Positions 63,314 to 64,000 of a stretch of 64,000 bases of DNA are shown here, in pieces (positions within the stretch are counted from its first letter, which is position 1; each line of letters opens with the position of its first letter). Under the pieces are notes generated by a model. The model had not been told where the DNA came from. It searched no databases and saw only the letters and a list, made by a program, of their open reading frames with translations. A program made the position numbers and the translations under genes. Source of the stretch: a virus (Duplodnaviria; Caudoviricetes); IMG/VR virus record IMGVR_UViG_2839242338_000001, positions 1 through 64,000 of that record. One strand, written 5' to 3'.

Positions 63314-63519
63314 TTAAAACAGGCTCACTTGAGCCACATTGATTTGCTTCCGGCGTAAACCGGTTCGGACATTCATCCAGGCATCACGGACGCACTCACC
63401 AAAAATATCCACAAGCCTTTTTTCCAGAGCCGGTGCGCTTCCTGCATCACCATCTTCAGTAGGTTTTTCTTCTTGGTCATTTTCGGGTTTTCAAACTTGG
63501 TTGGCTTGCGGATATACAT
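63314..63519 (-). CDS. Small phage protein (one frameshift) ending in QVSLF
   Basis: MYIRKP...VMQEAHRLWK, then VDIFGECVRDAWMNVR...AQVSLF*. Confidence 0.55.
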
Positions 63520-63674
63520 TACAGTGGCAGGTTAAGGGTGATTGAAATAGCCGCTACCTGATAACCAGGAAACTCGCGGTAAAAAGACTGGAGTGCTGTG
63601 AATTCACAGGCCGCTTGTACCAGGGCGGTCGCTCTAACAAGGCCCTCAGTGAAATGGATTTGATACGTGAACAT
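63519..63674 (-). CDS. Small hypothetical phage protein
   Basis: MFTYQIHF...; TAATG coupling to the next gene. Confidence 0.45.
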   Translation of the reverse strand: MFTYQIHFTEGLVRATALVQAACEFTALQSFYREFPGYQVAAISITLNLPL

Positions 63675-63782
63675 CTTGCTTGCAATCAGGGGTTTATTTC
63701 TGCTGACTACTCTGTAATATTCTCCCAGCAGAACGGATAGACAATGCGTCAATCTTTATAAATTTCATTCATACATCACAGC

Positions 63783-64000
63783 TTAAAACAGGCTCATTTG
63801 GCCCAGTTGAGCGGCTTTCACCATTTTCGGTGTAGGTGGGGGCAAATCAGGTTGTACTTGCTTTTTCTCCTCCCATTCGGCCTTTTCTTTTTGCCATAAG
63901 CGCCAGCTGTGGCATTCTTCTTTCCCGGTCATTGGCTCAATAGTTGGCATACCGGTCATGCTTAAACGTCGGTTAATGTGATAGCCAAAACGCCATTCGT
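63783..64000 (-). CDS. 3' end of a gene running off the window, ending in QMSLF
   Basis: Open frame EWRFGYHIN...PPPTPKMVKAAQLGQMSLF*. Confidence 0.5.
   Translation of the reverse strand, partial: EWRFGYHINRRLSMTGMPTIEPMTGKEECHSWRLWQKEKAEWEEKKQVQPDLPPPTPKMVKAAQLGQMSLF

Larger units (their letters stand above)
38734..64000. mobile_element. Tailed prophage, left part, continuing beyond the window
   Basis: Integrase beside the tRNA att site; tape measure, lysis, portal and terminase genes co-oriented on the minus strand. Confidence 0.9.

Overview
Accessory region of a Bacteroidota genome; the T9SS domain and gene content suggest a Spirosoma-like member of Cytophagales (inference). All family assignments come from recognising motifs by eye; no searches were run. 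Left to right: (1) 1-4.3 kb, an envelope operon (lipoprotein, exported protein, OmpA-domain protein, YD-like lipoprotein). (2) 4.6-21.4 kb, a tandem mosaic of three diverged modules. Each is built around a signal-peptide, 14-aa Gly/Asn/Thr-repeat fibre protein with a phage tail-fibre-chaperone-like C-terminus, with recurring small genes and non-coding motifs. Interspersed are a DUF6978/DUF1828-like pair, a CHAP amidase, a LytTR-only gene, a small T9SS-CTD protein and a GT2. (3) 21.7-31.2 kb, an integrase/xis/XRE/RepL-like unit whose only structural gene is a full-length (~1,320 codon) Crassvirales-type muzzle/tail-stabilisation gene. This is the best candidate here for an undescribed system. 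(4) 32.3-38.8 kb, a PICI/IME-like element (integrase, xis, DUF3987, BT4734-type primase) with a 32-33 bp iteron-like motif embedded three times in its replication genes; it ends at a 3' half of tRNA-Pro(TGG). (5) 38.8-64 kb, the left part of a tailed prophage: integrase, tape measure, a tail gene split by an IS630, an overprinted lysis cassette, portal, terminase, and AbiGi-like, MgsA-C-like and SymE-like genes. Three late transcription units share a GTCCTACC-N19-(-7-like box) promoter motif. About 20 genes are split by frameshifts, many at short homopolymers, which is more likely an assembly artefact than real decay.
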